Of a DNA stretch of 37,004 bases, positions 15,204 to 23,950 are shown in pieces. The DNA is taken from positions 1 through 37,004 of the forward strand of contig CAZSGI010000001.1 of assembly GCA_964606465.1 (NCBI GenBank), given 5' to 3'. How positions within the stretch are numbered: position 1 is the first letter of the stretch; each line of letters starts with the position of its first letter. Made by a program: the position numbers and the translations under genes. This DNA comes from an uncultured Gammaproteobacteria bacterium. Its GTDB lineage: Bacteria; Patescibacteriota; Patescibacteriia; UBA2169. Below the pieces are notes generated by a model, which was not told the DNA's origin, did not search any database, and saw only the letters and a list, made by a program, of their open reading frames with translations.

Positions 15204-16436
15204 TTATTGATTGAGCTCCATGGTTTCTATTTCTCCGCGCGTCATATTGATTTTAAGCATGATGGGAAACAGCTTTGTCTTCGTGTCTTGATCGTATACC
15301 GGCCGAGTGTTTTCGCTCTGCAGCGGTTTTGTCCGCACCTCGCCCGTTCTGGTAATGCGCATCATCTGGTTTTGATCGTGCCGTTCTTGTTGTTTGTAGA
15401 TCGCTATGGAGTGTTCAGGAAATCGTGGCTGGATTTTTTTGAGGATTGCTTCTCCCTGCGCTTCAGTGGGGTAGTCCATGCCGCGCCCGCGTACTTTCAG
15501 CAGTTTTTCTTTGGTCAGTATCGTCATTCCTTCTCTGCTAACTATGGATTGAAAAACGTCCTTGATGATCATTTTTACCATGACCTGCGCCTGTTTCCAA
15601 CTTGTTGCTGTTTTTCCTCGGGAGAGCTCTCCTGCGAGCTCATTGCGCCGTGCGTGGTCTTCGGGCGTCCATCCTGTTGTTTTCAGTTCTTGTTGTATCT
15701 CTGTCATTCGCTCATCAAAGCGGAATAAATCATTGAGCCGCGGGTCCAAATTCGGGTTGGTTGGGTCTACGTATAGGATAAATTCCTGCGCATCCTCTTT
15801 TCCTTTTTTTGCCGGCATTTCAACGCAGTCAAACCCGGCTGCGTACAGGTGCTCCCAGATTTCTTTTGAGAACACTTCCGGGCCTTCAGGGGTTTCAGGC
15901 TTCTTTTCTTCCCCTTCCGGTACCGCACCTTCGGGGTTCTCGTTTTGGGACTCTGCATCCAGCAGGCGCTGCGCGCGCTCTGCGAAGATTCTGCCCAGGA
16001 GCGCGCGCTCTTTTTTGTTTAGGACCGCTCCTTCGTCGCGGCGCGTGAGCAGGCCGGCAATGCTCCTCAAGAGCCCCCGCACCCGTAGATCGTCTCTTTT
16101 AATAAAGTACGCGAGCGCGGTTTGCCGCCGCAGCGCGTGCCGCTGGGTTTTTGCGTCAATGGAATTACCCGGTATCTCCAAAGCTTTTTCTTTATTTTCA
16201 CGCTTGAAACTTTCAAAGTGCAGCACTCCGCGCAGCACCTGAAGCCGCTCGAGTTCGGTGAGTGAATCCCACACGAGCTGCAGCCGGCTCTCTGATTCTT
16301 CTCTGTCGTCTTCTGTTTCTCGTTCTTCGCGGCTTGAATCATCAACGATTTCTCGTTCCTCTGATTCCGGAGTCTCTTGCGATTCCCTGACAGCTTCTGC
16401 TTCAATTTCCGGTGATGGTCCTGATTCTCGTGGCAT
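15204..16436 (-). CDS. hypothetical protein with an acidic N-terminus, in a low-GC patch
   Basis: Long ORF. I chose ATG 16436 (MPRESGPS...) because the GTG at 16463 abuts the tRNA. The first approximately 50 aa are Glu/Asp/Ser-rich. No family recognised. About 38% G+C in a hand-counted sample at 15241-15300. Confidence 0.65.
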   Translation of the reverse strand: MPRESGPSPEIEAEAVRESQETPESEEREIVDDSSREERETEDDREESESRLQLVWDSLTELERLQVLRGVLHFESFKRENKEKALEIPGNSIDAKTQRHALRRQTALAYFIKRDDLRVRGLLRSIAGLLTRRDEGAVLNKKERALLGRIFAERAQRLLDAESQNENPEGAVPEGEEKKPETPEGPEVFSKEIWEHLYAAGFDCVEMPAKKGKEDAQEFILYVDPTNPNLDPRLNDLFRFDERMTEIQQELKTTGWTPEDHARRNELAGELSRGKTATSWKQAQVMVKMIIKDVFQSIVSREGMTILTKEKLLKVRGRGMDYPTEAQGEAILKKIQPRFPEHSIAIYKQQERHDQNQMMRITRTGEVRTKPLQSENTRPVYDQDTKTKLFPIMLKINMTRGEIETMELNQ

Positions 16437-16463
16437 ACGTTTCGTAGATACGGGGTAGAGCAC

Positions 16464-16555
16464 TGGCGGAGAGGCAGGGATTCGAACCCTGGGACCCCGG
16501 TAAAGGGATCAACGCATTAGCAGTGCGCTCCATTCGGCCTCTCTGGCACCTCTCC
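16464..16555 (-). tRNA. tRNA-Ser, anticodon GCU, long variable arm, CCA encoded
   Basis: The reverse complement reads GGAGAGGTGCCAGAGAGGCCGAATGGAGCGCACTGCTAATGCGTTGATCCCTTTACCGGGGTCCCAGGGTTCGAATCCCTGCCTCTCCGCCA. Anticodon loop CTGCTAA, a type II variable arm, and T loop TTCGAAT. Confidence 0.9.
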
Positions 16556-16704
16556 TCGTTAGAGTCGGGCTGCAGCTTTCGTGTGTTCGCTTGCGCGAAC
16601 CCACTTCAGCTTTCGCCCGCCTCTTCCTCTCGCTCGCGAATCTTGCGATTCGCTCGCGTATAATACATGCGTTTTAAGATCCGCAATACACTATCACCAT
16701 ATCT

Positions 16705-16727
16705 AAAAAACGCCTTTTTGTAAAGGC
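16705..16727 (-). terminator. rho-independent terminator of comF
   Basis: The - strand reads gccttt-acaa-aaaggc followed by gtttttt, starting right after the comF stop (16728-16730). Confidence 0.6.
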
Positions 16728-17540
16728 TTACGCATGCACTGGGTGGCCATAGGCAATGGTGAGCGCCCACACAGACCGTGCGCCTGCGGATTTCAGTACG
16801 CGCGCGGCGGATTCCATGGTTGAGCCCGTGGTTATCACGTCATCAACCACCACCACGTGCTGTCCGTGCAGGCGACCGCGCTCCCCGTCAATCACCGTAA
16901 ACGCATCTGCCATGTTCGTGCTCCGGTCAACCCCTTGAAGCTGCGCTTGCGCAAAGGTCTTTTTGACCCGTTTGAGCGCGTGGGTCATCCGTCTCGCGGG
17001 AGCGGCGAGCGCGAGCGCGTGCGCGAGCAGGCGGGCTTGGTTGAATCCGCGTTCGCGTTCGCGCTTCGGGTGCAACGGTATGGGTTCAAGCGTTACGTTC
17101 GTGCCCCAAAGGAGCGCTGGAGCGCCGGCAATCCTTCGCATTTCTGTTTTTGAGATTCCGCTTTCCAGTGCCCACCGCGCGCGGACAATCGCGGTTCGGC
17201 GGGCTACGAGCAGCGAGCGTTCCGCGAACCGCGCGAGAAAGGGCGTCACCTCGCTCGTCCCGTTATACTTCCATGCGTGAATCAACGACTGTATCACCGG
17301 GTGCGCGTAGGGGATGCACGAAATCGCGCCATCGAGCGCGCGGCGCGGTTTGCATTCGGAGCACGTATTTCCGAATTGCGTTTTGGTTTCGCAGAACGGG
17401 CAGTGGTTTGCGAGGATGGTCGGGAGCGCTTTTTCACAGCCCGCGCACAGCCACGCGCCTTCCCGCGAGCACCCGAGGCACGAGAGCGGAAACAGGAGGT
17501 CAAGGAGCTTCGGTAACGGTGAGCGTATGGCCTGATACAT
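16728..17540 (-). CDS. comF: ComF-family phosphoribosyltransferase-like competence protein
   Basis: N-terminal [13 protein letters not shown]...CAGC...CPFC...CSEC zinc-finger pairs. C-terminal PRTase motif VVVVDDVITTGSTM. I chose ATG 17540 (MYQAIRSP...), which overlaps the clpC 3' end by 41 nt. Confidence 0.88.
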   Translation of the reverse strand: MYQAIRSPLPKLLDLLFPLSCLGCSREGAWLCAGCEKALPTILANHCPFCETKTQFGNTCSECKPRRALDGAISCIPYAHPVIQSLIHAWKYNGTSEVTPFLARFAERSLLVARRTAIVRARWALESGISKTEMRRIAGAPALLWGTNVTLEPIPLHPKRERERGFNQARLLAHALALAAPARRMTHALKRVKKTFAQAQLQGVDRSTNMADAFTVIDGERGRLHGQHVVVVDDVITTGSTMESAARVLKSAGARSVWALTIAYGHPVHA

Positions 17541-20001
17541 CAACCCTGATTTCGCGCGTTTCGGACCGCGCGACGACGGCGGCGGGAACCTCGAGCAGCT
17601 TCCGCGCGATCTCGGCTTCAACGTGGTCTTGGAAGTACCTGCGGATGCCGCGGGCACCCACCTCCGGGCGGTACCCCGCGGTTACGATGTGCTTGATGGC
17701 GGAGAGCGCGGGGGTAACGCGCACCCGAACGCGCGCGAGGCGTTCGTTCAGTTGCCCAAAGCAGCGCGCCGCAATCTCCTCGCAGGCGGCTTCCGTGAGC
17801 GCCTTGAACACGATGGTTGCGTCGATCCGGTTCAAGAATTCGGGCCTGAACCGTTCCTTGAGCCCTTCCAGCGCCTCGTGCGACTCGGACGCTCCGGCTG
17901 CGTCCATGCCGCGCTCGCGCGAGCCGAATCCCAGCCGCGCCGCGCGGTTGAACACCTCTGATCCGATGTTGGAGGTCATGACGATGACGGTGTTTCGGAA
18001 ATTGACGAGCCTCCCGGTCGCGTCTTTGATGCTCCCTTCTTCCAGAATAGAGAGCAGCAGGTTGAACACCTCGGGGTGGGCCTTTTCTATCTCATCCAAG
18101 AGCACCACGCTGTAGGGGTTTGCGCGAACCTTGTCCGTAAACGCGTTGCGGTCGCGGTAGCCCACGTACCCGGCGGGCGAGCCCACGAGCTTTGAGATGC
18201 TGTAGGATTCGGCGTACTCGGACATGTCGAGTGCGACTAAGTTCGTGCGGTTTCCGAACATGGTGTGGCTGAGAGCGCGCGCGGTTTCGGTTTTTCCGAC
18301 GCCCGACGGCCCGAGGAGCAGGAACGACGCTTGGGGCCGGTTGGGGTCTGAAACAGAGGTAGCGGCGCGGCGGATGAGGTTCGCTACTTTCGCGAGCGCT
18401 TCGGATTGCCCCACCACAAAGCGTCCGAGCGCTTCCTCCAGCGTGGCGAACCGCTCGCGTTCATTTTGGTGGATGAGCCCGAGCGGGATGGCGAGGTGCG
18501 CGCTCACGACCGCCGCAATGTGCTCGCGCGTTACGGTCGCCGGCGAGGAGGCGTCCGCTTTGGTTTTGGCCACGATTCTCTCGTACTGGCGAGCGAGCGC
18601 GAGCTCTCGGTCTTTGAGGGCGATGGCCTCGTGGTACGACTCGTGCTCCACGGCGAGGCGTTTCTTGGTTTGGATGTCCGCGAGCGCGCGCTCCACGGCG
18701 CGCGCCTGGTTCCAGATTTCGGCGGATGCGCGGGAGACTTTGACGCGCGCGGCGGCTTCATCCAAGAGGTCGATGGATTTGTCGGGCTGGAGTTTTTCAG
18801 GCAGGAACCTCGCCGAGAGCTCAACGGCCGCCTCAATCGCTTCGTCGCTGATGGTTACGTTGTGGTAGGTTTCGTAGTTTTTTTTGATTCCGGCGAGCAC
18901 GGTAAGAGTTTCCTGTTCGCTCGGCTCGTTCACCAGGATCGGCGCGAGCCGCCGCTCCAGGGCGCTGTCTCCCTCGATGTGCTTTTTGTACTCCTCGAGC
19001 GTGGTCGCGCCGATCACCGAGAGGTCGCCCCGCGCGAGCATGGGCTTGAGCATGTTGGCCGCGTCCAGGGACCCCGAAGCCGCTCCCGCGCCAATCACGG
19101 TGTGCATTTCATCTATAAAGAGGATGACGTTGCCTTCTCGCACCGCGGTTTCGAGTATTTGCTTCAGGCGCGCCTCGAACTCTCCGCGGTACATGGTTCC
19201 CGCGACCATGGCCCCGAGGTCCAGCGTGACGATTTTTTTGTTCGCGAGAATCGTCGGCACGTCGCCCGCGAGTATGCGCTTTGCCAACCCCTCCACGATG
19301 GCGGTCTTCCCCACGCCCGCCTCTCCTAGGAGGAGCGGGTTGTTCTTGTAGCGGCGGCACAGGATGTGGATGACGCGTTCAATTTCACGCTCGCGGCCGA
19401 TGACGGGGTCTATGTTTTTCTGCACCTCGTGGCTCGTGAGCTCGCGGCCGAAGTACTCGAGCGCCGATGGTTTTCCAGAGCTCTTGGCCTGGGATTCGCC
19501 CTCGTTGCGGAACACGGCGGTCAGATCAGGGAACTTTGCCGTGCTCTCCAGTACGATGTGGAGGTTCTTTTCCAGCTCATGCGCCCGGATGCCGCGTTCG
19601 GAAAGCCAGCGGTACACCTCGTCCGATTTCGTCTCCAGGAGGCTCTTGAGCAGGTGTTCGGTGCCGACGTACCGGTGGCCGTGCTGAGCGCTGATGTGCA
19701 CGGCTTTCACCAGGATGTGCGCGGCCGTTTCGGATATGATGACGGTTTTCGGGTACCGCGGGGGGTGGGAGAGGGATTCGGTTTTCAGTTCGTCCCGAAC
19801 AGACCCCGGCGCGAGCGCTCGCTTTGCGGCATTGGTTTTGAGCGATTTTTTGAGCAGTTCCGCGGCGATGCTTCCCCGTTCCGCGGCGAGCGCGTCAAGC
19901 ACGCGGGCAAGCGAAAGCGGAGCGGGTTGCTCCGCGACCCGCTGGAGTGTTTGCTTGAGGTGCGTGGTGCACTTGGAGGAGAAGATGTGGTTGCTTTTCA
20001 T
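17500..20001 (-). CDS. clpC: ClpC-type class I AAA+ chaperone/unfoldase
   Basis: Clp_N-like N-domain ([16 protein letters not shown]). D1 has [15 protein letters not shown] and ILFIDEMHT; D2 has [14 protein letters not shown] and [13 protein letters not shown] short middle domain indicates ClpC rather than ClpB. ATG at 20001; a TTG at 20028 is also possible. Confidence 0.93.
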   Translation of the reverse strand: MKSNHIFSSKCTTHLKQTLQRVAEQPAPLSLARVLDALAAERGSIAAELLKKSLKTNAAKRALAPGSVRDELKTESLSHPPRYPKTVIISETAAHILVKAVHISAQHGHRYVGTEHLLKSLLETKSDEVYRWLSERGIRAHELEKNLHIVLESTAKFPDLTAVFRNEGESQAKSSGKPSALEYFGRELTSHEVQKNIDPVIGREREIERVIHILCRRYKNNPLLLGEAGVGKTAIVEGLAKRILAGDVPTILANKKIVTLDLGAMVAGTMYRGEFEARLKQILETAVREGNVILFIDEMHTVIGAGAASGSLDAANMLKPMLARGDLSVIGATTLEEYKKHIEGDSALERRLAPILVNEPSEQETLTVLAGIKKNYETYHNVTISDEAIEAAVELSARFLPEKLQPDKSIDLLDEAAARVKVSRASAEIWNQARAVERALADIQTKKRLAVEHESYHEAIALKDRELALARQYERIVAKTKADASSPATVTREHIAAVVSAHLAIPLGLIHQNERERFATLEEALGRFVVGQSEALAKVANLIRRAATSVSDPNRPQASFLLLGPSGVGKTETARALSHTMFGNRTNLVALDMSEYAESYSISKLVGSPAGYVGYRDRNAFTDKVRANPYSVVLLDEIEKAHPEVFNLLLSILEEGSIKDATGRLVNFRNTVIVMTSNIGSEVFNRAARLGFGSRERGMDAAGASESHEALEGLKERFRPEFLNRIDATIVFKALTEAACEEIAARCFGQLNERLARVRVRVTPALSAIKHIVTAGYRPEVGARGIRRYFQDHVEAEIARKLLEVPAAVVARSETREIRVDVSGHTLTVTEAP

Positions 20002-20047
20002 ACGTCGCGTAACCGTTGATTCTACCAAGGTGTGGAGGGGCTGTCAA

Positions 20048-20617
20048 TTATTCGTTCCCGAGCGGTTGGAGCGTTCCGTCAGGCCGCTCTTGCAGCCCCT
20101 GGGGGACCGGGGCCTCGGTCTTGGGCGAGGCGGAGAATTGGACCGTGATGGTCACCGCCTCGTACGCCTGTTTGTTTAAGACGGCGCGAACCGAGAGCAC
20201 GTCGCCAACCGAGAAGTTTCGCTGGTCAAACACGCTCCCGTTATACACGGCAATGGTGCGGTCGGTGAGGAGCGCCTCGCGCTCTTCCTCGGTTGCGCTG
20301 TCAAGGATGGAGAGCGTCTTACCATTGATTCCCATGAGCGTGCCGGAAATGGTGACTTCGTTCGCACTCGCGTCTTCGCTTGCCGGTTGGTTTGTTTGCG
20401 TGGTTTCTTGCGTCGGCACCGTCTCTTCGCGCGCGGCTTGCTGTTTGATTTGGTTGATGAGTTCGGCAGCCTCGTCATCAGAACCCTGTTGCCCTGATCG
20501 TCCGCCCAGGACCGCAAAGGCCGCAACCATGGCTGCGGCAACGGCGAGCGTCGCGACTGCGGTGATCACCAGGTCCCGGGACGTTACCTGGCCATGGGTG
20601 AGCTTTCGGAAAGACAT
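20048..20617 (-). CDS. single-pass membrane protein, hypothetical
   Basis: 189 aa with an ATG start, TM helix LVITAVATLAVAAAMVAAFAVLG, a polar linker and a small beta-rich domain. It is the first gene of the - strand block. Confidence 0.6.
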   Translation of the reverse strand: MSFRKLTHGQVTSRDLVITAVATLAVAAAMVAAFAVLGGRSGQQGSDDEAAELINQIKQQAAREETVPTQETTQTNQPASEDASANEVTISGTLMGINGKTLSILDSATEEEREALLTDRTIAVYNGSVFDQRNFSVGDVLSVRAVLNKQAYEAVTITVQFSASPKTEAPVPQGLQERPDGTLQPLGNE

Positions 20618-20636
20618 AGAAAATGAGGACGGTTAA

Positions 20637-20645
20637 TGGTATACT
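20637..20645 (+). promoter_or_regulatory. extended -10 promoter element TGgTATACT for the secreted-protein operon
   Basis: tggtatact lies 25 nt upstream of ATG 20671. The same 9-mer occurs at 33706-33714. Confidence 0.5.
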
Positions 20646-20647
20646 GA

Positions 20648-20656
20648 ATTATATCA
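20648..20656 (-). promoter_or_regulatory. extended -10 promoter element TGaTATAAT for the clpC/comF/recG-side operon
   Basis: The + strand attatatca is TGATATAAT on the - strand, about 30 nt upstream of ATG 20617. The same 9-mer occurs at 1436-1444. Confidence 0.5.
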
Positions 20657-20670
20657 TAAAATGGGGCAGC

Positions 20671-22056
20671 ATGCACTATTTCCAAAACAAAAATTTTTTA
20701 TGCGCCGCTTTTGGGGTAGCGGTTGCTGCGGCCGCGATCCCACTTTCCGTTTTTGCGGCGTGCGGCTTCCACAATGTTTCCGGGTACGTGTGGTCCCGGA
20801 ACTCTGGCTGGGTTTCCCTTAACTGCAACGCGGGCGGCACCGTTGATTACGGCTTGGACATTGATTTTGAATCCGGTGACTCAACCGAGCCCATTACTGG
20901 GTACGCGTGGTCATCCAACCTCGGCTGGCTTTCCATGCAGCCAACAGGCCCGTACCCTTCGTGGGGGAGCGTTCCCTCCTCTGCCGCGACCTTTTATCGC
21001 AACCTTGGGGGCAGCCCCACGACCACCGCAGGAGTCATCAAGGGCTGGGCCAAATGGGAGGCGCTCGGCGCAAACGGTTGGATGGTGATGGGTCCCATTA
21101 CCATAAGCAGTACGGATTACGGCGTCGCCATTGGCGCGGACAGGCTCTTTTCCGGCTGGTCGTGGAGCGGTGGAGATAATCTTGACGCAGATCCAGAGCC
21201 TGAGCGCGGGGACGGGTGGGTGCTGTGGGACAGCGTGGCCTCGGGCGGCGGAGCGAGCGTTTTAGCCCAGTGGTTTGAGAGCCTGTACGGAGACATCTAC
21301 TCCGGCGGCTCAATCGGGGCTTCGTTTTCGCCGCCGCTCTCGCGGTACAACGCCACGTACCTCATCCAGGCCAACGGAACCATTGAGCCCGTTGCCATTC
21401 AGAGCGGCGGGGGAGGCGCGGTTCCGTACCTCTCCGGGTCATTCGGCAGCCTATCGCTCCCGGACACCGTGAACAGCTACCGCGGCACGCTCGGGTGGCT
21501 CGATAAGGCTGGTTTGGTCGGGGGGCGCTACGGAACGCCGGAGTCGGCGTTGCCGGTCGGCTCGTCCGTGCTGCTCGCGGGAAAGGTGTACCACTACACC
21601 GGCGATTTGACCATCTCGAGCGCCCTTACGTTCAACAAGGGTACGGGTACGCAGAAGGGGAGCGGCACCATTGTGGTTGACGGAAATTTGACGATTAATG
21701 CGGACATCGCGTACCAGTCCGGCGCCGTATCTTCCCGCATAGACAACTTGCCGTCGGTTGCGTGGATCGTCAAGGGAAATATCGTGATGAACCCCTCGGT
21801 ACAGAACGTGGTGGGCGTGCTGTACAGCGAGGGAACCATCTCCACGGGGACGACCGGTTCCGCACTCTCGGACGTCCCGGTGGAGATTTCCGGCATGCTC
21901 ATCGCGAACAAGATCAGCCTGGACCGCCTGTTTGCGGACGCGACCGCAGAGCCGGCCGAACAGATCACGTTTGACGGCCGCGCCATCGCGAACCCGCCCC
22001 CGGGTTTGGCTGACATCGGCAAAGGGCTGCCCACGTTGCGCGAAACCCGCCCGTAG
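20671..22056 (+). CDS. secreted (possibly lipo-) protein with GYAWSxNxGW repeats and a beta-helix-like C-terminal half
   Basis: Signal peptide MHYFQNKNFLCAAFGVAVAAAAIPLSVFA followed by Cys. Repeats GYVWSRNSGWVSLN, GYAWSSNLGWLSMQ and GWSWSGGDN. I chose ATG 20671 because it lies downstream of the -10 element. Confidence 0.72.
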   Translation: MHYFQNKNFLCAAFGVAVAAAAIPLSVFAACGFHNVSGYVWSRNSGWVSLNCNAGGTVDYGLDIDFESGDSTEPITGYAWSSNLGWLSMQPTGPYPSWGSVPSSAATFYRNLGGSPTTTAGVIKGWAKWEALGANGWMVMGPITISSTDYGVAIGADRLFSGWSWSGGDNLDADPEPERGDGWVLWDSVASGGGASVLAQWFESLYGDIYSGGSIGASFSPPLSRYNATYLIQANGTIEPVAIQSGGGGAVPYLSGSFGSLSLPDTVNSYRGTLGWLDKAGLVGGRYGTPESALPVGSSVLLAGKVYHYTGDLTISSALTFNKGTGTQKGSGTIVVDGNLTINADIAYQSGAVSSRIDNLPSVAWIVKGNIVMNPSVQNVVGVLYSEGTISTGTTGSALSDVPVEISGMLIANKISLDRLFADATAEPAEQITFDGRAIANPPPGLADIGKGLPTLRETRP

Positions 22057-22074
22057 CGTCCGCGGTTTCTTTTG

Positions 22075-22083
22075 TGCTATACT
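22075..22083 (+). promoter_or_regulatory. extended -10 element TGcTATACT
   Basis: tgctatact lies 15 nt upstream of ATG 22099. Confidence 0.4.
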
Positions 22084-22098
22084 ACAGAATACTTTTCC

Positions 22099-23262
22099 AT
22101 GCGTTTCAACAGGATAACCATCAAGAACCTCATCCTCGTCTTCGCATCCGCGCTTGCGGTGTCGGCCGTATCGGTTCGCGCTGATTTCAATCCGCCGGGC
22201 CAAATCCCGCCCGCAGGCAATGTTGATAAGCCCGTGTACTCTGTGGGCGCGAGCCAGACCCTCACCGGCAGCCTCACGGTTACCGCCTCAACGGCTGCGG
22301 CGCTCGCCGGCTCGAGCGTGGGGTATGGTCTGCAGGGAACCGTGAGCACGGACGCGTCTGGCGGGGACGCGGCCTTGTACGCGACCGCGTTCGGCAGCGA
22401 CGCCACGGATTACGCAGCCGTGTTCTACGGCGGGCTCGGGGTGCAGCTCGCTTCAGGGGATATCTACTTCTTGAGCCGCAACACCGGCGCGAGCTGGCCT
22501 CGCGTGCTGGACGAAGCCGCGCTCTACGGCCTGAGCGTCACCACCACCGGCGAGCTTCGGTTGCACGGGCACGGCGGGGGCATCACGTTGCGGGACCAGA
22601 ACACAAACACGCGCCTCACCGTGACCGAGGCTGGGGTGGTGAACGTTGCATCCGGCGGGGCCTTGCAGCTCGGCGGGATCAACGTGTGTCTGCAGAACGG
22701 CACCAACTGCCCGTCCGCGACCACCCCGAATCTCCAGACCGTCACGAACGCGGGCAACACCACGACCCAGCCCATTACCGTGGCAACCATTGACACGGGC
22801 ATTGGCGTGACCGAGGTGTACTTTATGAACCAGAACGTGCGCACGAGCGATACGCCCACGTTCACGGGTCTCTCCGCCGGGAGCTCGCGTATCACTGGCG
22901 TCGCAACTCCGACCGCGGACACGGACGCCGCAACCAAAGCGTATGTTGATGCTGCGGTTGCGGGTGCGGGCGGGGGGAGTGATATTGCTGGTGTCAGATG
23001 CTATGATTTGTACACCAACGATTACACCAACAAAACATCAAGATATTGCCAGGCTACTTGTCCTGCTGGATATGAAGTGGTTAATGCGGAAATTACATGC
23101 AAGTTCGGCGGGTATAATATGGGAGAGGGTGGTGTCCCGGGCTCATGGGGTTGCTCGAAGTATCTTGCGGACACCGCCGTGAACAGTGTCGCTTTTTTGG
23201 CTCATTCAACAACCGCTGACAACAAGGACGTGTGGGGCATGGTGTGGTGTATTAAAAATTAG
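22099..23262 (+). CDS. secreted tail-fibre-like protein with a Cys-rich C-terminal domain
   Basis: Signal peptide MRFNRITIKNLILVFASALAVSAVSVRA. An FNPPGQIPPAGNVDKPVY motif. TPTADTDAATKAYVD resembles a junction motif I recall from phage tail-fibre proteins. A Gly linker and a 95-aa domain with 6 Cys follow. Confidence 0.72.
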   Translation: MRFNRITIKNLILVFASALAVSAVSVRADFNPPGQIPPAGNVDKPVYSVGASQTLTGSLTVTASTAAALAGSSVGYGLQGTVSTDASGGDAALYATAFGSDATDYAAVFYGGLGVQLASGDIYFLSRNTGASWPRVLDEAALYGLSVTTTGELRLHGHGGGITLRDQNTNTRLTVTEAGVVNVASGGALQLGGINVCLQNGTNCPSATTPNLQTVTNAGNTTTQPITVATIDTGIGVTEVYFMNQNVRTSDTPTFTGLSAGSSRITGVATPTADTDAATKAYVDAAVAGAGGGSDIAGVRCYDLYTNDYTNKTSRYCQATCPAGYEVVNAEITCKFGGYNMGEGGVPGSWGCSKYLADTAVNSVAFLAHSTTADNKDVWGMVWCIKN

Positions 23263-23298
23263 CGCTTTGTGGGGTTACATTTTTTGTACCGCGGACGG

Positions 23299-23874
23299 AT
23301 GCGTTCCAGCCGGATTATCTCCGCGCTGGTTTTGGTGTTGGCGCTCGTGGTTGTCATTGGGATCGTGTACCGCAACACCGGCGTCATTCCGAAAGCTCGT
23401 GATGGCGAAGGAGCGTCAACCGCTGCCGCGGACATCGCGGAGTTTACCGTGGCCGGAGGATCCATGGAGCCGATTCTTTCAAGCGGGCAGACCATTCGCG
23501 TCCAAACGGCCGCGTACGATAGCAGACCAATTTCCCGGGGTGACATCATACTCATTGAGCAGCCCGGGGATAACGGCTTTCTCGTCAAAATCATCAAAGC
23601 CATTCCCGGAGACACACTTGGGCTTTCGGAACAGCCAAACAACGAGAGTCAGGTCGTGGTGAACGGCGAGGCGCTTACGAATTCCGAAGGCGAACCATAC
23701 CTGCTTCCGGAAAACAAGGCAGCCATGATCGGCCTGTACGTGCGGGACTACGCCGGAGTGGTTCCTGGTGGCGCGTACCTGGTGCTGGGCAACCGGCCCG
23801 GGGGCAGCGATGACAGCACGGTCTTTGGCTTGATTGACGCAAACCGCATCTCTGGCCGCGTATTGACAGAATAA
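23299..23874 (+). CDS. lepB: signal peptidase I (S26 family)
   Basis: N-terminal TM helix. Catalytic Ser box GGSMEPIL, Lys box FLVKIIKAIPGD, and C-terminal VLGNRPGGSDDSTVFG. ATG at 23299; a GTG at 23269 is possible. Confidence 0.85.
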   Translation: MRSSRIISALVLVLALVVVIGIVYRNTGVIPKARDGEGASTAAADIAEFTVAGGSMEPILSSGQTIRVQTAAYDSRPISRGDIILIEQPGDNGFLVKIIKAIPGDTLGLSEQPNNESQVVVNGEALTNSEGEPYLLPENKAAMIGLYVRDYAGVVPGGAYLVLGNRPGGSDDSTVFGLIDANRISGRVLTE

Positions 23875-23907
23875 CATCAAAATAATCTTGGTATAGGGAG
23901 AGAAGTT

Positions 23908-23937
23908 TTGGTGTTTTTTTATTTTTTGTTGTATAAT
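23908..23937 (+). promoter_or_regulatory. candidate promoter of the pilM operon
   Basis: TTGGTG (23908-23913), an 18-nt T-rich spacer, then TATAAT (23932-23937), in a 179-nt AT-rich intergenic region. A second TATAAT lies at 24000-24005. Confidence 0.45.
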
Positions 23938-23950
23938 TACTAGTGAGGAA

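Noticed and set aside
14565-16727. Integrated mobile element between tRNA-Arg and tRNA-Ser
   Set aside because: I found no integrase or recombinase, no duplicated tRNA 3' segment and no phage or plasmid genes. Only a compositional anomaly in one gene remains, which I kept as a low-to-moderate finding rather than a mobile-element call.
17150-19329. Long + strand ORFs (17150-18115, 18224-18868, 18406-19329) opposite clpC and comF
   Set aside because: They are antisense to a ClpC gene carrying both AAA+ modules. The translations are Ser/Arg/Ala-rich with no motifs.
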